A DNA stretch of 64,000 bases from an uncultured delta proteobacterium (GTDB lineage: Bacteria; Myxococcota_A; UBA9160; UBA4427), in contig CAWGJT010000005.1 of NCBI GenBank assembly GCA_963822965.1, positions 704,001 to 768,000 of the forward strand, in the 5' to 3' direction. This document shows positions 38,306-48,304 of this stretch, piece after piece (position 1 is the first letter of the stretch; each line of letters starts with the position of its first letter). The notes under the pieces were generated by a model. It searched no databases, had not been told where the DNA came from, and saw only the letters and a list, made by a program, of their open reading frames with translations. The translations under genes were made by a program, and so were the position numbers.

Positions 38306-40289
38306 GCTGCGACGCCTGGGGCGTGCGCTGCCGCTCGCGGTCGCGCTGCTGTGCGCGCCGCCCGGGGTACAGGCGGAGAGCGAGCCAAGCCCCGCGCTCG
38401 AGGCAGCCCTCCAGCAGGTGCGGGAAGGACGCGCGCGGGACGCCATCGCGCGCCTCGAGAAGCTCGCGCGCGCGGGCGATCCGCAGGCCGCCGTGCGGCT
38501 GGCGAGCCTCTATCGCAACGGGATCGTCGGCGCGCGGAACACGGACAAGGCGATCCAGTGGTTCACCGTCGCCGCGCGCAAGGGAGACGCTCGCGCCGCC
38601 TACAACCTGGGGACGCTCCTGCAGCGCGAGGGCAAGTTCGACGAAGGGCGGGAGTGGATCGGGCGGGCGGCGAAGGCCGGCAACCCCGCGGCTCGGCGGC
38701 GACTGGTCGCCAGCTCCAGGGGTCGAGCCTCGCCCACCTCGGTCCGGGCACTCCTGTGGCGCGGGATCGTCGCCAACGACGGCGACGTGGTTCGCCGCGC
38801 CGTGGCGTCGGGCGCCGACGCCAACCAGCCCGATGCGCGCCGCCGCCTTCCCCTCTACGTGGCCGCTCGGCGCAACCACGCCGCGGCCGTTCGCGCCCTC
38901 GTCGAGGGCGGGGCCAAGCCGAACCTTCCGGACGCCACCGGCGACACGCCGCTGCTGGTCGCGGCCCGCTCCGGCAATACGGCGGCCGCCCGGGAGCTCC
39001 TGCGCGGCCGCGCCGACCCGAAGAAGGTCGATGCGCTCGGACGCACGCCCCTGATGAACGCCGCCGCCAACGGCCACGACGATCTGGTCGAGCTGCTGCT
39101 GAAGACCCGCCCTCCGCTCGAGCAGGCCGATCGCTCGGGCCGCACGGCCCTGGCATTGGCAGAGATCGGCCGGCACGCCGGCACGGTCCAGCGCCTGCGA
39201 CGCGCGGGCGCCAGGACGAAGGCCCGGAACGACAAGAGCGAGGACCTGGCCTGGCTCGCGAAGGCGGCCGGCGAGGAGAGCTCCTCGGACTTCGCCGGCT
39301 GGAGTCCGCTCCTGATCGCCGCCTGGCGCGGCAACCCGGCGAGCGTGCGCTCGCTCGTGGCGGGCGGCGCGCCCGCCGGCGACGCGGACCGCGAAGGCCG
39401 CAGCGCGCTCCTGCTCGCGGCCGGTCGCGGACACGCGGACGTGGTCGGGGTGCTCTTGAAGGCCGGCGCGCGGGCCGATGCGCCGTCGAACGACGGAACG
39501 CGCCCGCTGCACGCGGCGGCCGAGGCGGGACACCTGGACTGCGTCGCGCTGCTCCTCGGCGCGGGTGCCAAGGCCGATCCGGCGGACGAGCAGGGCAAGA
39601 CGCCGCTTCTCGAGGCCGCGGCCGGGGGACACGTCGCCGTCGCCCAGCGCCTGCTCGCCGCCGGCGCCGACCCGTCCCGGGCCGCGAAGGACGGGAGCAC
39701 ACCGCTGAGGGTCGCGGCGCGCCGCGGGCATCCCCAGGTCGTCGCGGTCCTGCTCCAAGCCGGCGCGAAGCCCGGCGCGAGCGACGATCCGACCTCGCCC
39801 GTCTGTCTCGCGGCACACGACGGTCGGGACGCGGCGCTCACGGCGCTCCTGGCCGGCGGGGCCGACCCCCGTTCCCATTGTGCGGAGGGCGTGCCGGTGC
39901 TGGGGGTGGTCGCCCGCCGCGGCGACACGAAGGCCGTCGCCGCCCTGCTCGATCGGGGCGCCCGGGTGGACGACGCGACGCCGTCCGGCAGTCCCGCCCT
40001 GCTGCTCGCCGCTTCCGCGGGACGCACCGAGGTCTGCGCCCTGCTCCTCGATCGGGGCGCGGACCTCGAGGCGCGCGGGGCCGGCCGTGCCACGGCGCTG
40101 ATGCTGGCGTCCGGCGCCGGCCACACGGACGTGGTGAAGCTCCTGCTCGAGCGGGGAGCCGACCCGGCGCGACGGGACGCCCGCGGACGCTCGGCAGGCC
40201 AGATCGCGGCGGCCAGCGGTCACGGCGAGATCGAGACCCTTCTCGCGCGCTCGCGCGAGAAGAAGAAGGGCCTGCTGGGAATCTTCTGA
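38292..40289 (+). CDS. Exported Sel1-like and ankyrin repeat protein
   Basis: Signal peptide; Sel1 motifs (AIQWFTVAARKGD, AAYNLG); more than a dozen G.TPL..AA..GH...V..LL..GA repeats. Confidence 0.88.
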   Translation: MASPELRRLGRALPLAVALLCAPPGVQAESEPSPALEAALQQVREGRARDAIARLEKLARAGDPQAAVRLASLYRNGIVGARNTDKAIQWFTVAARKGDARAAYNLGTLLQREGKFDEGREWIGRAAKAGNPAARRRLVASSRGRASPTSVRALLWRGIVANDGDVVRRAVASGADANQPDARRRLPLYVAARRNHAAAVRALVEGGAKPNLPDATGDTPLLVAARSGNTAAARELLRGRADPKKVDALGRTPLMNAAANGHDDLVELLLKTRPPLEQADRSGRTALALAEIGRHAGTVQRLRRAGARTKARNDKSEDLAWLAKAAGEESSSDFAGWSPLLIAAWRGNPASVRSLVAGGAPAGDADREGRSALLLAAGRGHADVVGVLLKAGARADAPSNDGTRPLHAAAEAGHLDCVALLLGAGAKADPADEQGKTPLLEAAAGGHVAVAQRLLAAGADPSRAAKDGSTPLRVAARRGHPQVVAVLLQAGAKPGASDDPTSPVCLAAHDGRDAALTALLAGGADPRSHCAEGVPVLGVVARRGDTKAVAALLDRGARVDDATPSGSPALLLAASAGRTEVCALLLDRGADLEARGAGRATALMLASGAGHTDVVKLLLERGADPARRDARGRSAGQIAAASGHGEIETLLARSREKKKGLLGIF

Positions 40290-40299
40290 GACACCGCCC

Positions 40300-40346
40300 T
40301 CGGGCTTCGAGTACCCTGTCCACGTCGGGCTTCGAGTACCCTGTCC
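40300..40346 (+). repeat. Tandem direct repeat, 22 bp x2
   Basis: TCGGGCTTCGAGTACCCTGTCC at 40300-40321 and 40325-40346. Confidence 0.9.
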
Positions 40347-40410
40347 GCATCGAGCCGGATCGAAATCTTCTGCGAAGGGCGGCCCCGCCGGGTCGCCCGG
40401 CGAGGTTGCC

Positions 40411-41361
40411 ATGTCCCATCCCTTCCGTTTCGGCGTGCAGGTCGGAGAGCTCCCCGCAGACCGCTGGCAGGACGCCGTCCGCCGCATCGAGTCCCAGGGC
40501 TATTCGACGATCTTCCTACCCGACCACTTCAGCAAGCAGTGGGATCCCACGACGGCGCTGGCGGGCATCGCGACGGCCACCGAGACGCTGCGCGTCGGAT
40601 CGCTCGTCTACGACGTGGACTACCGCCACCCGGTGATCTTCGCCAAGGCGGCGGCCACCCTGCATCTGATGTCGGGCGGCCGGCACGAGTTCGGAATCGG
40701 TGCAGGATGGATGGAGACGGACTACGTGGAGGCGGGGCTCCCCTACGATCCGCCGGGCGTCCGCATCTCGCGCCTCGAGGAGGCGCTCCAGATCATCCTG
40801 TCCATGTGGGAGAGCAAGCGGACGAGCTTCGAAGGCGAGTACTACACGATCCGGGAGATCGCCCAGGCCGCGAACCTCGGCGACGCCGGGCGACCGTCGA
40901 TCCTGATCGGCGGCGGCGGCAAGCGGCTCCTGGGCCTGGCGGGGCGCTACGCGGACATCGTCGGCATCAACCCGAAGCTCGTGGAGGGTCGGGTCACCGC
41001 GGACACGCCGGCGGACAGCGCGCCGGAGCGGGTGCGCGAGAAGATCCGCTGGGTGCGGGAAGGCGCCGAGAAGGCGGGGCGCGACCCCGATGCGATCGAG
41101 CTCAACTCGCTCACCTTCGTCACCGCCATCACGGACGATCCGGGTCGCCTGCGCGAGTCCCTGGCCAAGGGCAGCGGAATGACCGTGGAGCAGGTGGCGG
41201 ATTGTCCGCTCTTCCTGACCGGCTCCGCGAGCGAGATCCGCGACCGGCTCCAGCGGCGGCGCGAGGAGACCGGGATCAGCTACATCGTGATCCAGGGCGG
41301 GGACGACGGACTGCTCGAGAGCTTCGCGAAGGAAATCGTGCAGCCCCTCGCGGGGTCGTAG
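40411..41361 (+). CDS. LLM-class, probably F420-dependent, oxidoreductase
   Basis: PFRFGVQ, LPDHF, DYRHPV..AK.AATL..MSGGR.E.GIGAGW, IGGGGKRLL. Confidence 0.88.
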   Translation: MSHPFRFGVQVGELPADRWQDAVRRIESQGYSTIFLPDHFSKQWDPTTALAGIATATETLRVGSLVYDVDYRHPVIFAKAAATLHLMSGGRHEFGIGAGWMETDYVEAGLPYDPPGVRISRLEEALQIILSMWESKRTSFEGEYYTIREIAQAANLGDAGRPSILIGGGGKRLLGLAGRYADIVGINPKLVEGRVTADTPADSAPERVREKIRWVREGAEKAGRDPDAIELNSLTFVTAITDDPGRLRESLAKGSGMTVEQVADCPLFLTGSASEIRDRLQRRREETGISYIVIQGGDDGLLESFAKEIVQPLAGS

Positions 41362-41420
41362 ACGGGGCGCAGGAGGGGCCGGCTGGCTCGGGCAGTCGGA
41401 CCGCGATCGCGGAGGACGCC

Positions 41421-43622
41421 ATCCCGAAATCGTCGACGATCGCCGGCGCCCTGTCCCTGCTCGCACTCACCGCCATCTTCTGGACGCTTCACGTGGCCAG
41501 CGGCGGCACCGAGCTGGCCGCGGCCGGCGACACGCTCCTCTACTACTACCCGCAGTACGAGTCGGCCGGTGCGGCCCTGCGCACGGGGCAGCTGCCTCTC
41601 TGGAATCCCTACCAGCTGTGCGGACATCCCTGGCTCGCCACGCTCCAGGGCGGGATCCTCTACCCGTTCCACGCGATCTACGCGTTCGTCCCCACGTGGG
41701 CGGGCATGGCCCTCTCGAGCCTCGTCCACCTGGCGATCGTGGCGCTGTCCACCGCCATCCTGGCGCGGCGCCTCGGGCTCTCGAGCTGGGCGGCGCTGCT
41801 GGCCGGGGCGCTCTTCTGCATGCAGGGCAGTCTGCCCGCGCAGACGAGCGTGCCGAACCTGCTCGAGGCCGCCACCTGGCTCTCCCCCGGCGCCGTGGCG
41901 GTGACGACGATCGTCGCCGGGCGACGGGCGCGAGGCGTGGCGCTCCTCGCCTTCTGTCTCGGCGCGAGCCTGCTCGCAGGCTACCCGCAGTACACCGTCT
42001 ACGCCTGCTACACGTGGGCGGCCCTGCTGGCGGTGCTGCTCTTCGCCGAGCGGCGTCCGCCGCGCGCATGGCTCGCGCCGGTGGGTTGCCTCGTTCTCGC
42101 CGTCGCCCTCGGCGCCCTCGTCGCGAGCCCGCAGCTGCTGGCGTCCCTCGAGCTGAGGCGCCTCTCCACGCGCTCGCTCGATCCCTCGAGTCTGGCGGCC
42201 ATGTTTCCCATGGGATGGCCGGAGAAATCCGTCACGGCGTCGTTGCGGGTGCTCTTCGTGCCCCACGACGCCCACCTCCGCTTGCCGGCCGGGCTCACGG
42301 GCCTGCTGCTCCTCCCCGTCGCGCTCTTCCATCGCCGGCGGCGGCTGGTACTCGGTCTCTTCGCCCTCGGCCTCGTTGTCCTCGGCATGGCGATCGGTCC
42401 CGCCTCCCCCCTCTTCGACCTCTACCGCCTGCTGCCCGGTACCGGCGCCTTCCGCCTGCCGACCCTCCGGCTGCTGCTCGTCGTGGGCTTCTTCTTCTCG
42501 CTGCTCGCGGGCTTCGGACTCGACGAGCTGCTGCGACGCCTGCGCGGGTACGGGGGCGAGGGGCTCTCCGAGGCGATCGGCGCGCTGATGCTGGGGCTGG
42601 CCGTCCTCGAGCCGCTGCTCGACGATACGCCGCGCGCCATGCTTCCCTATACGGGCATCGGATACGAAGCGATCTACGAGCAGGACCAGGAGCTCTACGA
42701 TCGGATCTCGGACGAGCAGAGCCGGGTGCTCTTCTGGAATCCCGGCGTGAGCCCGCCGCTCCCGCCGAAGCTGGGCTCGGTGTTCGGCATGCAGGTCTTC
42801 GACGACTACGAGCCGATGAGCCTCCAGCGCCAGGCCCTGTACCTCGGCTACCTGGCCGACGGTCGGGTGGAATCCGGCGAAGCCCCCCCCTTCTTCGGCC
42901 GTCTCGCCTTCCCGCGAAGCCTCGCTGGCGCGGAAGCGATGGCTTCGCGGCGCCGACTCCTCGACCTCGCCGCCGTCCGCTTCCTGGTGGGAACCAACCG
43001 CCAGCGCCACGACGTGGTCCTGCGCGCCTTCGCGGAGAAGGCCGACCTGGTGCGCCAGCCTCCGGACGAGCGAGTGTGGGAGACGGGGCCCGTCCTCTAC
43101 ACGAACCCCCACGCGCTGCCCCGGACCTACGTCACGTATCGCACCCGGGTCGCGCCTCCCGCAGACGAGCTACTGGCTCGCCTCGCGGCCCCCGACTTCG
43201 ACCCGCTCGCCGCGAGCTACGTGGAGGGGCCGGAGATCGGCGCCGGGCTCGCCGATCCCCCGCACGGCCATCCGGTGCCCGTCGAGCGGAGCTCCGCCCG
43301 GGAGGTCGAGATCCGTGCCGACCTGGCCGTCGAGGGTCTGGTCGTGCTCTCCGACTCCTTCTATCCCGGCTGGCATGCCACGGTGGACGGAGAGCCGGCG
43401 GAGATCCTGGCGACCAACCTGCTCTTCCGCGGTGTCGTCGTCCCGTCCGGCTTCCACACGATCGTGTACCACTACGACCCCGAATGGCTTCCGGTGGGCG
43501 GCGTCGCCGCCGCCGCGGGGTTCGCGGCGATCGTCGGGCTGGCCGGACTCGGGCGCACCCGGCGGCCCGATCAGGGCGCTTCTCCGCAGGCTTCGAGGGC
43601 GCGCTCGACCGCGGACGCGTAG
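41421..43622 (+). CDS. YfhO family membrane protein (GT-C-like)
   Basis: GDTLLYYYP, GQLPLWNPY..CG.P, LLAGYPQ, LSDSFYPGW.ATVDG; start ambiguous (ATC 41421 after GGAGG). Confidence 0.8.
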   Translation: MPKSSTIAGALSLLALTAIFWTLHVASGGTELAAAGDTLLYYYPQYESAGAALRTGQLPLWNPYQLCGHPWLATLQGGILYPFHAIYAFVPTWAGMALSSLVHLAIVALSTAILARRLGLSSWAALLAGALFCMQGSLPAQTSVPNLLEAATWLSPGAVAVTTIVAGRRARGVALLAFCLGASLLAGYPQYTVYACYTWAALLAVLLFAERRPPRAWLAPVGCLVLAVALGALVASPQLLASLELRRLSTRSLDPSSLAAMFPMGWPEKSVTASLRVLFVPHDAHLRLPAGLTGLLLLPVALFHRRRRLVLGLFALGLVVLGMAIGPASPLFDLYRLLPGTGAFRLPTLRLLLVVGFFFSLLAGFGLDELLRRLRGYGGEGLSEAIGALMLGLAVLEPLLDDTPRAMLPYTGIGYEAIYEQDQELYDRISDEQSRVLFWNPGVSPPLPPKLGSVFGMQVFDDYEPMSLQRQALYLGYLADGRVESGEAPPFFGRLAFPRSLAGAEAMASRRRLLDLAAVRFLVGTNRQRHDVVLRAFAEKADLVRQPPDERVWETGPVLYTNPHALPRTYVTYRTRVAPPADELLARLAAPDFDPLAASYVEGPEIGAGLADPPHGHPVPVERSSAREVEIRADLAVEGLVVLSDSFYPGWHATVDGEPAEILATNLLFRGVVVPSGFHTIVYHYDPEWLPVGGVAAAAGFAAIVGLAGLGRTRRPDQGASPQASRARSTADA

Positions 43623-44473
43623 CCGCGCCCGAAGAGCACCAGATGGACCAGCAGCGGCAGGAGCTGGTAGAGCGGAACCCTCTCCTCGTGCCCGGGCGAC
43701 AGGGGCCAGGCTTCCTCATAGGCGTCGAAGACACGCTGGGAAAAGCCACCGAAGAGCTTCATCATGGCGAGATCGACCTCGCGATGACCGCCGTAGGCCG
43801 CGGGGTCGATCAGGACGGGCTCCCCGTCTCCGCCGCACAGCCAGTTGCCGCTCCACAGGTCTCCGTGCAGTCGCGACGGAGGCTCGTCGTCGCCGACGCG
43901 TTCGGGAAGCCGTGCGATGAGCCGCCCGATCGAGGCGTCGAGCCCGCTCGCGAGCCGGCCTTCCCGCCGCGCCCGCTCGCGGAGCGGCTGCAGGCGTTCG
44001 GCGCCGTAGAACGCGGCCCAGCTCCGATGGCTGCGATTCGATTGGGGCAGCGAGCCGAGGAAGCCGTCCCGCACGAAGCCGAAGCCGGGAGCGCCGGCGC
44101 GGTGCAGCGCTGCCAGCCCCCGACCGAGCCGTTCCGGGGTGCGCGCATCGGCGTCCGCGGCCTCGACCCACTCGAGCAGCAGGAGCGGGCTCTCCGAGGT
44201 GCCGGGAGCACTCGCTCCCCGCACCCGGGGGACCCGCAGGGCCCCTGCCTCCCCGAGCCAGGACAGTCCCCGAGCCTCGGCGGCGACCATCGCGCTCCCT
44301 TCCGGATGGGCCGCGTAGGACTTGGCGAAGAGGCTCTCGCCGCTGCGAAGCCGGGCCCGCCAGCTCCGCCCGATGTCGCCGCCCGAGAGCCGTTGCAGTG
44401 CCAGCGGGGCCTCCCCGGTGAGGCGCTCGATCTCCTCACGGACCTTCGCGTCATCGATCTCCGAGCGACCCAC
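43571..44473 (-). CDS. Fructosamine kinase family protein
   Basis: LSGGDI, AEARGL, LHGDLWSGN, LIDPA.Y.GHRE.DLAM. Confidence 0.9.
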   Translation of the reverse strand: MGRSEIDDAKVREEIERLTGEAPLALQRLSGGDIGRSWRARLRSGESLFAKSYAAHPEGSAMVAAEARGLSWLGEAGALRVPRVRGASAPGTSESPLLLLEWVEAADADARTPERLGRGLAALHRAGAPGFGFVRDGFLGSLPQSNRSHRSWAAFYGAERLQPLRERARREGRLASGLDASIGRLIARLPERVGDDEPPSRLHGDLWSGNWLCGGDGEPVLIDPAAYGGHREVDLAMMKLFGGFSQRVFDAYEEAWPLSPGHEERVPLYQLLPLLVHLVLFGRGYASAVERALEACGEAP

Positions 44474-44617
44474 CGTCTCTCTCCCCGCGCGGCGCGCCGG
44501 ACCCGAGTCCGGCCCGGGTCTCCGCGCCCATCTCGGATAGAATAGGAGGCAGTCCGCCGGTCGAGCGTCGCGCTGCGCCGGCGCGCCCTTCCGGCCCAAG
44601 CTTCGAACGGAGAGCTC

Positions 44618-45490
44618 GTGAACGCACCCAGCTACGAAGCGCCCCGCTCCCTGCAGGAGATCGTGAGCCTCCTGCAGCAGGCGGACGGATCGGCCCGCAT
44701 CCTGGCGGGAGGTACCGATCTGCTGGCCCAGATGCGAACCGGCCTGGTCTCGCCCGCGCTTCTCGTCGACGTCAAGAAGATTCCCGAGCTCCGGCGCATC
44801 GAGTCCCTGCCCGATGGCGGGTTCCGAGTGGGAGCCGCCGTGTGCGGGGCTGCCCTGGGCGAGCACGCCGCGCTGCGCGCGGCCTGGCCGGGGGTGGTGG
44901 AGGCCGCGCGCCTGATCGGCTCGGCGCAGATCCAGGGACGCGCGTCCCTCGGCGGCAATCTGTGCAACGCCTCGCCGGCCGCCGACAGCGTGCCCGCGCT
45001 CATCGCCGCCGGAGCACGCTGCACCATCGTGGGACCCGCCGGCACCCGGGAGGCCCCGGTGGAGAGCATCGTGACGGGGCCCGGGCACACCTCGCTGGCC
45101 CCGGGCGAGCTCGTGGTGGACTTCCTGCTGGGACCACGTCCGGCGCGGGGAGGAGATGCCTACCTCAGGATGATCCCTCGCAGCGAGATGGACATCGCCG
45201 TGGTCGGCGCGGCGGTGTGCCTGCAGCTCGACGCGTCCGGCGTCTGTCGGGAGGCGCGGGTCGCCCTCGGCGCGGTGGCACCCACGCCGCTCGTCGTCGG
45301 CGAGGCCGCCCGGGCGCTGGTGGGGACGCGCCTGGACGACGACGCCCTGGCGGCCGCCGGAGAAGCGGCCTCGGCCGCGGCGAATCCCATCGACGACAAA
45401 CGCGGCACGGTGACGTACCGCCGCCGGGTGGCGGGCGTGCTCACCCGGCGTGCCGCGAAGATCGCCCTCGAGCGGGCGGGGAGAAGCTGA
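44618..45490 (+). CDS. Xanthine dehydrogenase family FAD-binding subunit (CoxM-like)
   Basis: LAGGTDL, ASLGGNLCNASPAAD, IDDKRGT..YR. Confidence 0.92.
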   Translation: MNAPSYEAPRSLQEIVSLLQQADGSARILAGGTDLLAQMRTGLVSPALLVDVKKIPELRRIESLPDGGFRVGAAVCGAALGEHAALRAAWPGVVEAARLIGSAQIQGRASLGGNLCNASPAADSVPALIAAGARCTIVGPAGTREAPVESIVTGPGHTSLAPGELVVDFLLGPRPARGGDAYLRMIPRSEMDIAVVGAAVCLQLDASGVCREARVALGAVAPTPLVVGEAARALVGTRLDDDALAAAGEAASAAANPIDDKRGTVTYRRRVAGVLTRRAAKIALERAGRS

Positions 45491-45987
45491 TGGCCCGGCG
45501 CCACGTGTCCACCACCCTGAACGGCGAGCCCGTCGACTTCCTGTGCGAGCCGCATCAGACCCTGCTCGAGGTCCTGCGCGACGAGCTGCAGCTGACCGGC
45601 ACCAAGGAAGGCTGCGGGACCGGCGATTGCGGTGCCTGCAGCGTCATCTTCGACGGGCGTCTCATCTGCTCGTGTCTCGCCCTGGCCGTGGAGGCCGAGG
45701 GCGCACGCGTCGAGACCGTGGAAGGCATCGCGAAGGGGAGCGAGCTCCACCCGCTGCAGCGGCACTTCCTGGAGGAGGCGGCGCTGCAGTGCGGAATCTG
45801 CACGCCGGGCTTCCTGGTCGCGGCCCGGGCGCTGCTCGACGCGAACCCCGATCCGAGCGAGCGCGAGGTGCGCTTCGCCCTGGCCGGCAACCTGTGCCGC
45901 TGCACGGGCTACGACAAGATCATCCGGGCGGTGCTCGACAGCGCCGCCGAGCTGCGCGGCGACTCGGCCGCGGGGAGCACACGATGA
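45490..45987 (+). CDS. Xanthine dehydrogenase family 2Fe-2S subunit (CoxS-like)
   Basis: GTKEGCGTGDCGAC, LQCGICTPG, GNLCRCTGY. Confidence 0.93.
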   Translation: MARRHVSTTLNGEPVDFLCEPHQTLLEVLRDELQLTGTKEGCGTGDCGACSVIFDGRLICSCLALAVEAEGARVETVEGIAKGSELHPLQRHFLEEAALQCGICTPGFLVAARALLDANPDPSEREVRFALAGNLCRCTGYDKIIRAVLDSAAELRGDSAAGSTR

Positions 45988-48296
45988 GTACCGCCGAGAT
46001 CCAGCGCGAGCGGACCGAGGAGCCGGGATCGACCCCGGGCGAGAAGAAGTTCCGATGGATCGGCACCCGGCCCGTGAGGCCCGACGGCCTCGACAAGGTG
46101 CGGGGCCGCGCCAACTACGGGGCGGACCACAGCCTGCCCGGCATGCTCTGGGGTCTGGTGCTTCGCAGCCCCCACGCACACGCCCGCATCGTCTCGATCG
46201 ACACGAGCGCGGCCGAGGCACTCGACGGCGTGCACGCCGTCATCACGGCGGACGACCTGCCCGAGATCCCGTCCGAGGAGGCGAAGATCGGCGAGGGGCC
46301 GACCAACTTCCGCGACGTGTCGCACAACGTGCTGGCGCGCGGAAAGGTGCTGTACCACGGGCACGCCGTGGCGGCCGTCGCGGCCCGCACCCAGGCCATC
46401 GCCCGCCAGGCCCTCGATCTCGTCCGGGTGAGCTACGAGGTGCTGCCCCACGTGCTCGACGGAGACGCCGCCCAGGCCCCGGACGCCCCCATCCTGCACG
46501 ACGACCTCTTCACCCGGGGCGTCGAGCCGACGCCCGAGAAGCCCTCGAACGTGGCCTCGCGCATCCAGATGGGCCGCGGGGACGCCGCGGCGGGCCTGGC
46601 GCGGGCGGACCACGTCGTCGAGCGCACCTTCCGGACGGCGGCCGTCCACCAGGGCTACATCGAGCCGCACGCGGTGGTCGCCACCATGGGCGAAGACGGC
46701 CACGCCACCGTCTGGTGCAGCTCCCAGGGTCACTTCATGGTGCGCGCGTACTGCGCGACGCTGCTGGGCATGGACGCCTCGCGCATACGGGTCATCCCGG
46801 CGGAGATCGGCGGCGGCTTCGGCGGCAAGACGACCGTCTACCTCGAGCCCCTCGCCATCGTCCTCTCCCGCAAGGCGGGACGCCCCGTGAAGCTGGTGAT
46901 GTCGCGCGAGGAGGTCTTCCGCGCGACCGGCCCCGCCTCGGCCACGCGCATCGAGCTGAAGATGGGCTGCACGAAGGACGGTCGCCTGACCGGCGCCGAG
47001 GCCCGCCTGGAGTACGAGGCCGGCGCCTTTCCCGGGTCGCCCGTGGCGGCAGCCTGCATGACGATCTTCGCCCCCTACGACATCGAGGACTGCGTCGCCG
47101 AGGGCTACGACATCGTCGTCAACAAGTGCAAGGTCGCCGCCTATCGCGCGCCGGGCGCGCCCATGGCCGCCTTCGCGGTGGAGACCGTGGTGGACGAGCT
47201 CGCCCGCAAGGTCGGGATGGACCCGATCGACTTCCGGCTCAAGAACGCATCGCGGGAGGGCACGCAGTCGGCCTTCGGTCCGAAGTTCAAGCGCGTCGGT
47301 CACGTGGAGACGCTCGAGGCCGCGAAGGCGCACCCGCACTACAAGGCGCCCCTGGGTCCGGGCCAGGGCCGAGGCGTGGCCAGCGGCTTCTGGTTCAACG
47401 CCGGCATGCAGTCGAGCGCCAGCGTGAACGTCGCCGAGGACGGCACCGTGTGCGTCGTGTCGGGCAACCCCGACATCGGCGGCTCCCGGGCCTCGCTCGG
47501 GATCCTGGCCGCCGAGGAGTTCGGCATCGACCTGTCGCGCGTCGATCCCCAGATCGCCGACACCAACGCCGTCGGCTACAGCGACCTCACCGGCGGCAGC
47601 CGGGTCACCTTCGCGACGGGCATGGCGGTGGTGGAGGCGTCGCGGGACGTCATCCGACAGCTCTGCCAGCGAGCCGCCTCGATCTGGGGCATCGAGCCGG
47701 GCGACGTGGAGTGGTCCGACGGCGCGGCACGTGCGGTGAACGGGCACGCGGACCTGGCGCCCCTCACTCTGCGAGACCTCGCGCTGCAGGCCCCCCGGAC
47801 GGGCGGGCCGATCAGCGGACGCGCCTCGCTCAACGCCCGGGGCGTAGGCATGGCCTTCGGCGTTCACATCTGCGACGTGCAGGTCGACCCCGAGACCGGC
47901 AAGGTGGACGTCGTCCGCTACACGGCGGTCCAGGATGCGGGGCGGGCCGTCCATCCGAGCTACGTCGAGGGACAGATGCAGGGCGGCGCCGCCCAGGGCA
48001 TCGGCTGGGCGCTCAACGAGGAGTACATCTACGACGACGAGGGCCGCATGCAGAACGCGAGCTTCCTCGACTACCGCATTCCGGTGGCGTCGGACCTGCC
48101 CATGATCGACACCGTGATCGTCGAGGTGCCGAACCCGGGCCACCCGTACGGGGTGCGCGGGGTCGGCGAGGTCCCCATCGTGCCGCCGATCCCGGCGGTG
48201 GCGAACGCCATCCACGACGCGACGGGGCTGCGGATGTGCCAGCTTCCCATGTCGCCGCCGCGGGTGCTCGCCGCCCTCGACGCGAAGAACGGCTGA
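45984..48296 (+). CDS. Xanthine dehydrogenase family molybdopterin-binding subunit (CoxL-like, not a CO dehydrogenase)
   Basis: RSPHAHA, IGGGFGGK, AYRAPG active-site loop, EGQMQGG, GVGE. Confidence 0.92.
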   Translation: MSTAEIQRERTEEPGSTPGEKKFRWIGTRPVRPDGLDKVRGRANYGADHSLPGMLWGLVLRSPHAHARIVSIDTSAAEALDGVHAVITADDLPEIPSEEAKIGEGPTNFRDVSHNVLARGKVLYHGHAVAAVAARTQAIARQALDLVRVSYEVLPHVLDGDAAQAPDAPILHDDLFTRGVEPTPEKPSNVASRIQMGRGDAAAGLARADHVVERTFRTAAVHQGYIEPHAVVATMGEDGHATVWCSSQGHFMVRAYCATLLGMDASRIRVIPAEIGGGFGGKTTVYLEPLAIVLSRKAGRPVKLVMSREEVFRATGPASATRIELKMGCTKDGRLTGAEARLEYEAGAFPGSPVAAACMTIFAPYDIEDCVAEGYDIVVNKCKVAAYRAPGAPMAAFAVETVVDELARKVGMDPIDFRLKNASREGTQSAFGPKFKRVGHVETLEAAKAHPHYKAPLGPGQGRGVASGFWFNAGMQSSASVNVAEDGTVCVVSGNPDIGGSRASLGILAAEEFGIDLSRVDPQIADTNAVGYSDLTGGSRVTFATGMAVVEASRDVIRQLCQRAASIWGIEPGDVEWSDGAARAVNGHADLAPLTLRDLALQAPRTGGPISGRASLNARGVGMAFGVHICDVQVDPETGKVDVVRYTAVQDAGRAVHPSYVEGQMQGGAAQGIGWALNEEYIYDDEGRMQNASFLDYRIPVASDLPMIDTVIVEVPNPGHPYGVRGVGEVPIVPPIPAVANAIHDATGLRMCQLPMSPPRVLAALDAKNG

Positions 48297-48304
48297 AGCG
48301 CCCC

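Noticed and set aside
34667..38446. Very long antisense or alternate-frame ORFs (e.g. 34667-38446 -, 10491-14009 +, 24613-28179 +, 45909-48485 -)
   Set aside because: Shadow ORFs expected at high GC; Arg/Pro/Gly-rich with no motifs and overlapping well-supported genes
40300..40346. Possible CRISPR repeat
   Set aside because: Only two copies with a 3-bp gap; no spacers or cas genes
44618..48296. Aerobic CO dehydrogenase (coxMSL)
   Set aside because: Lacks the AYxCSFR and AYxGAGR signatures and there are no coxDEFG genes in the window
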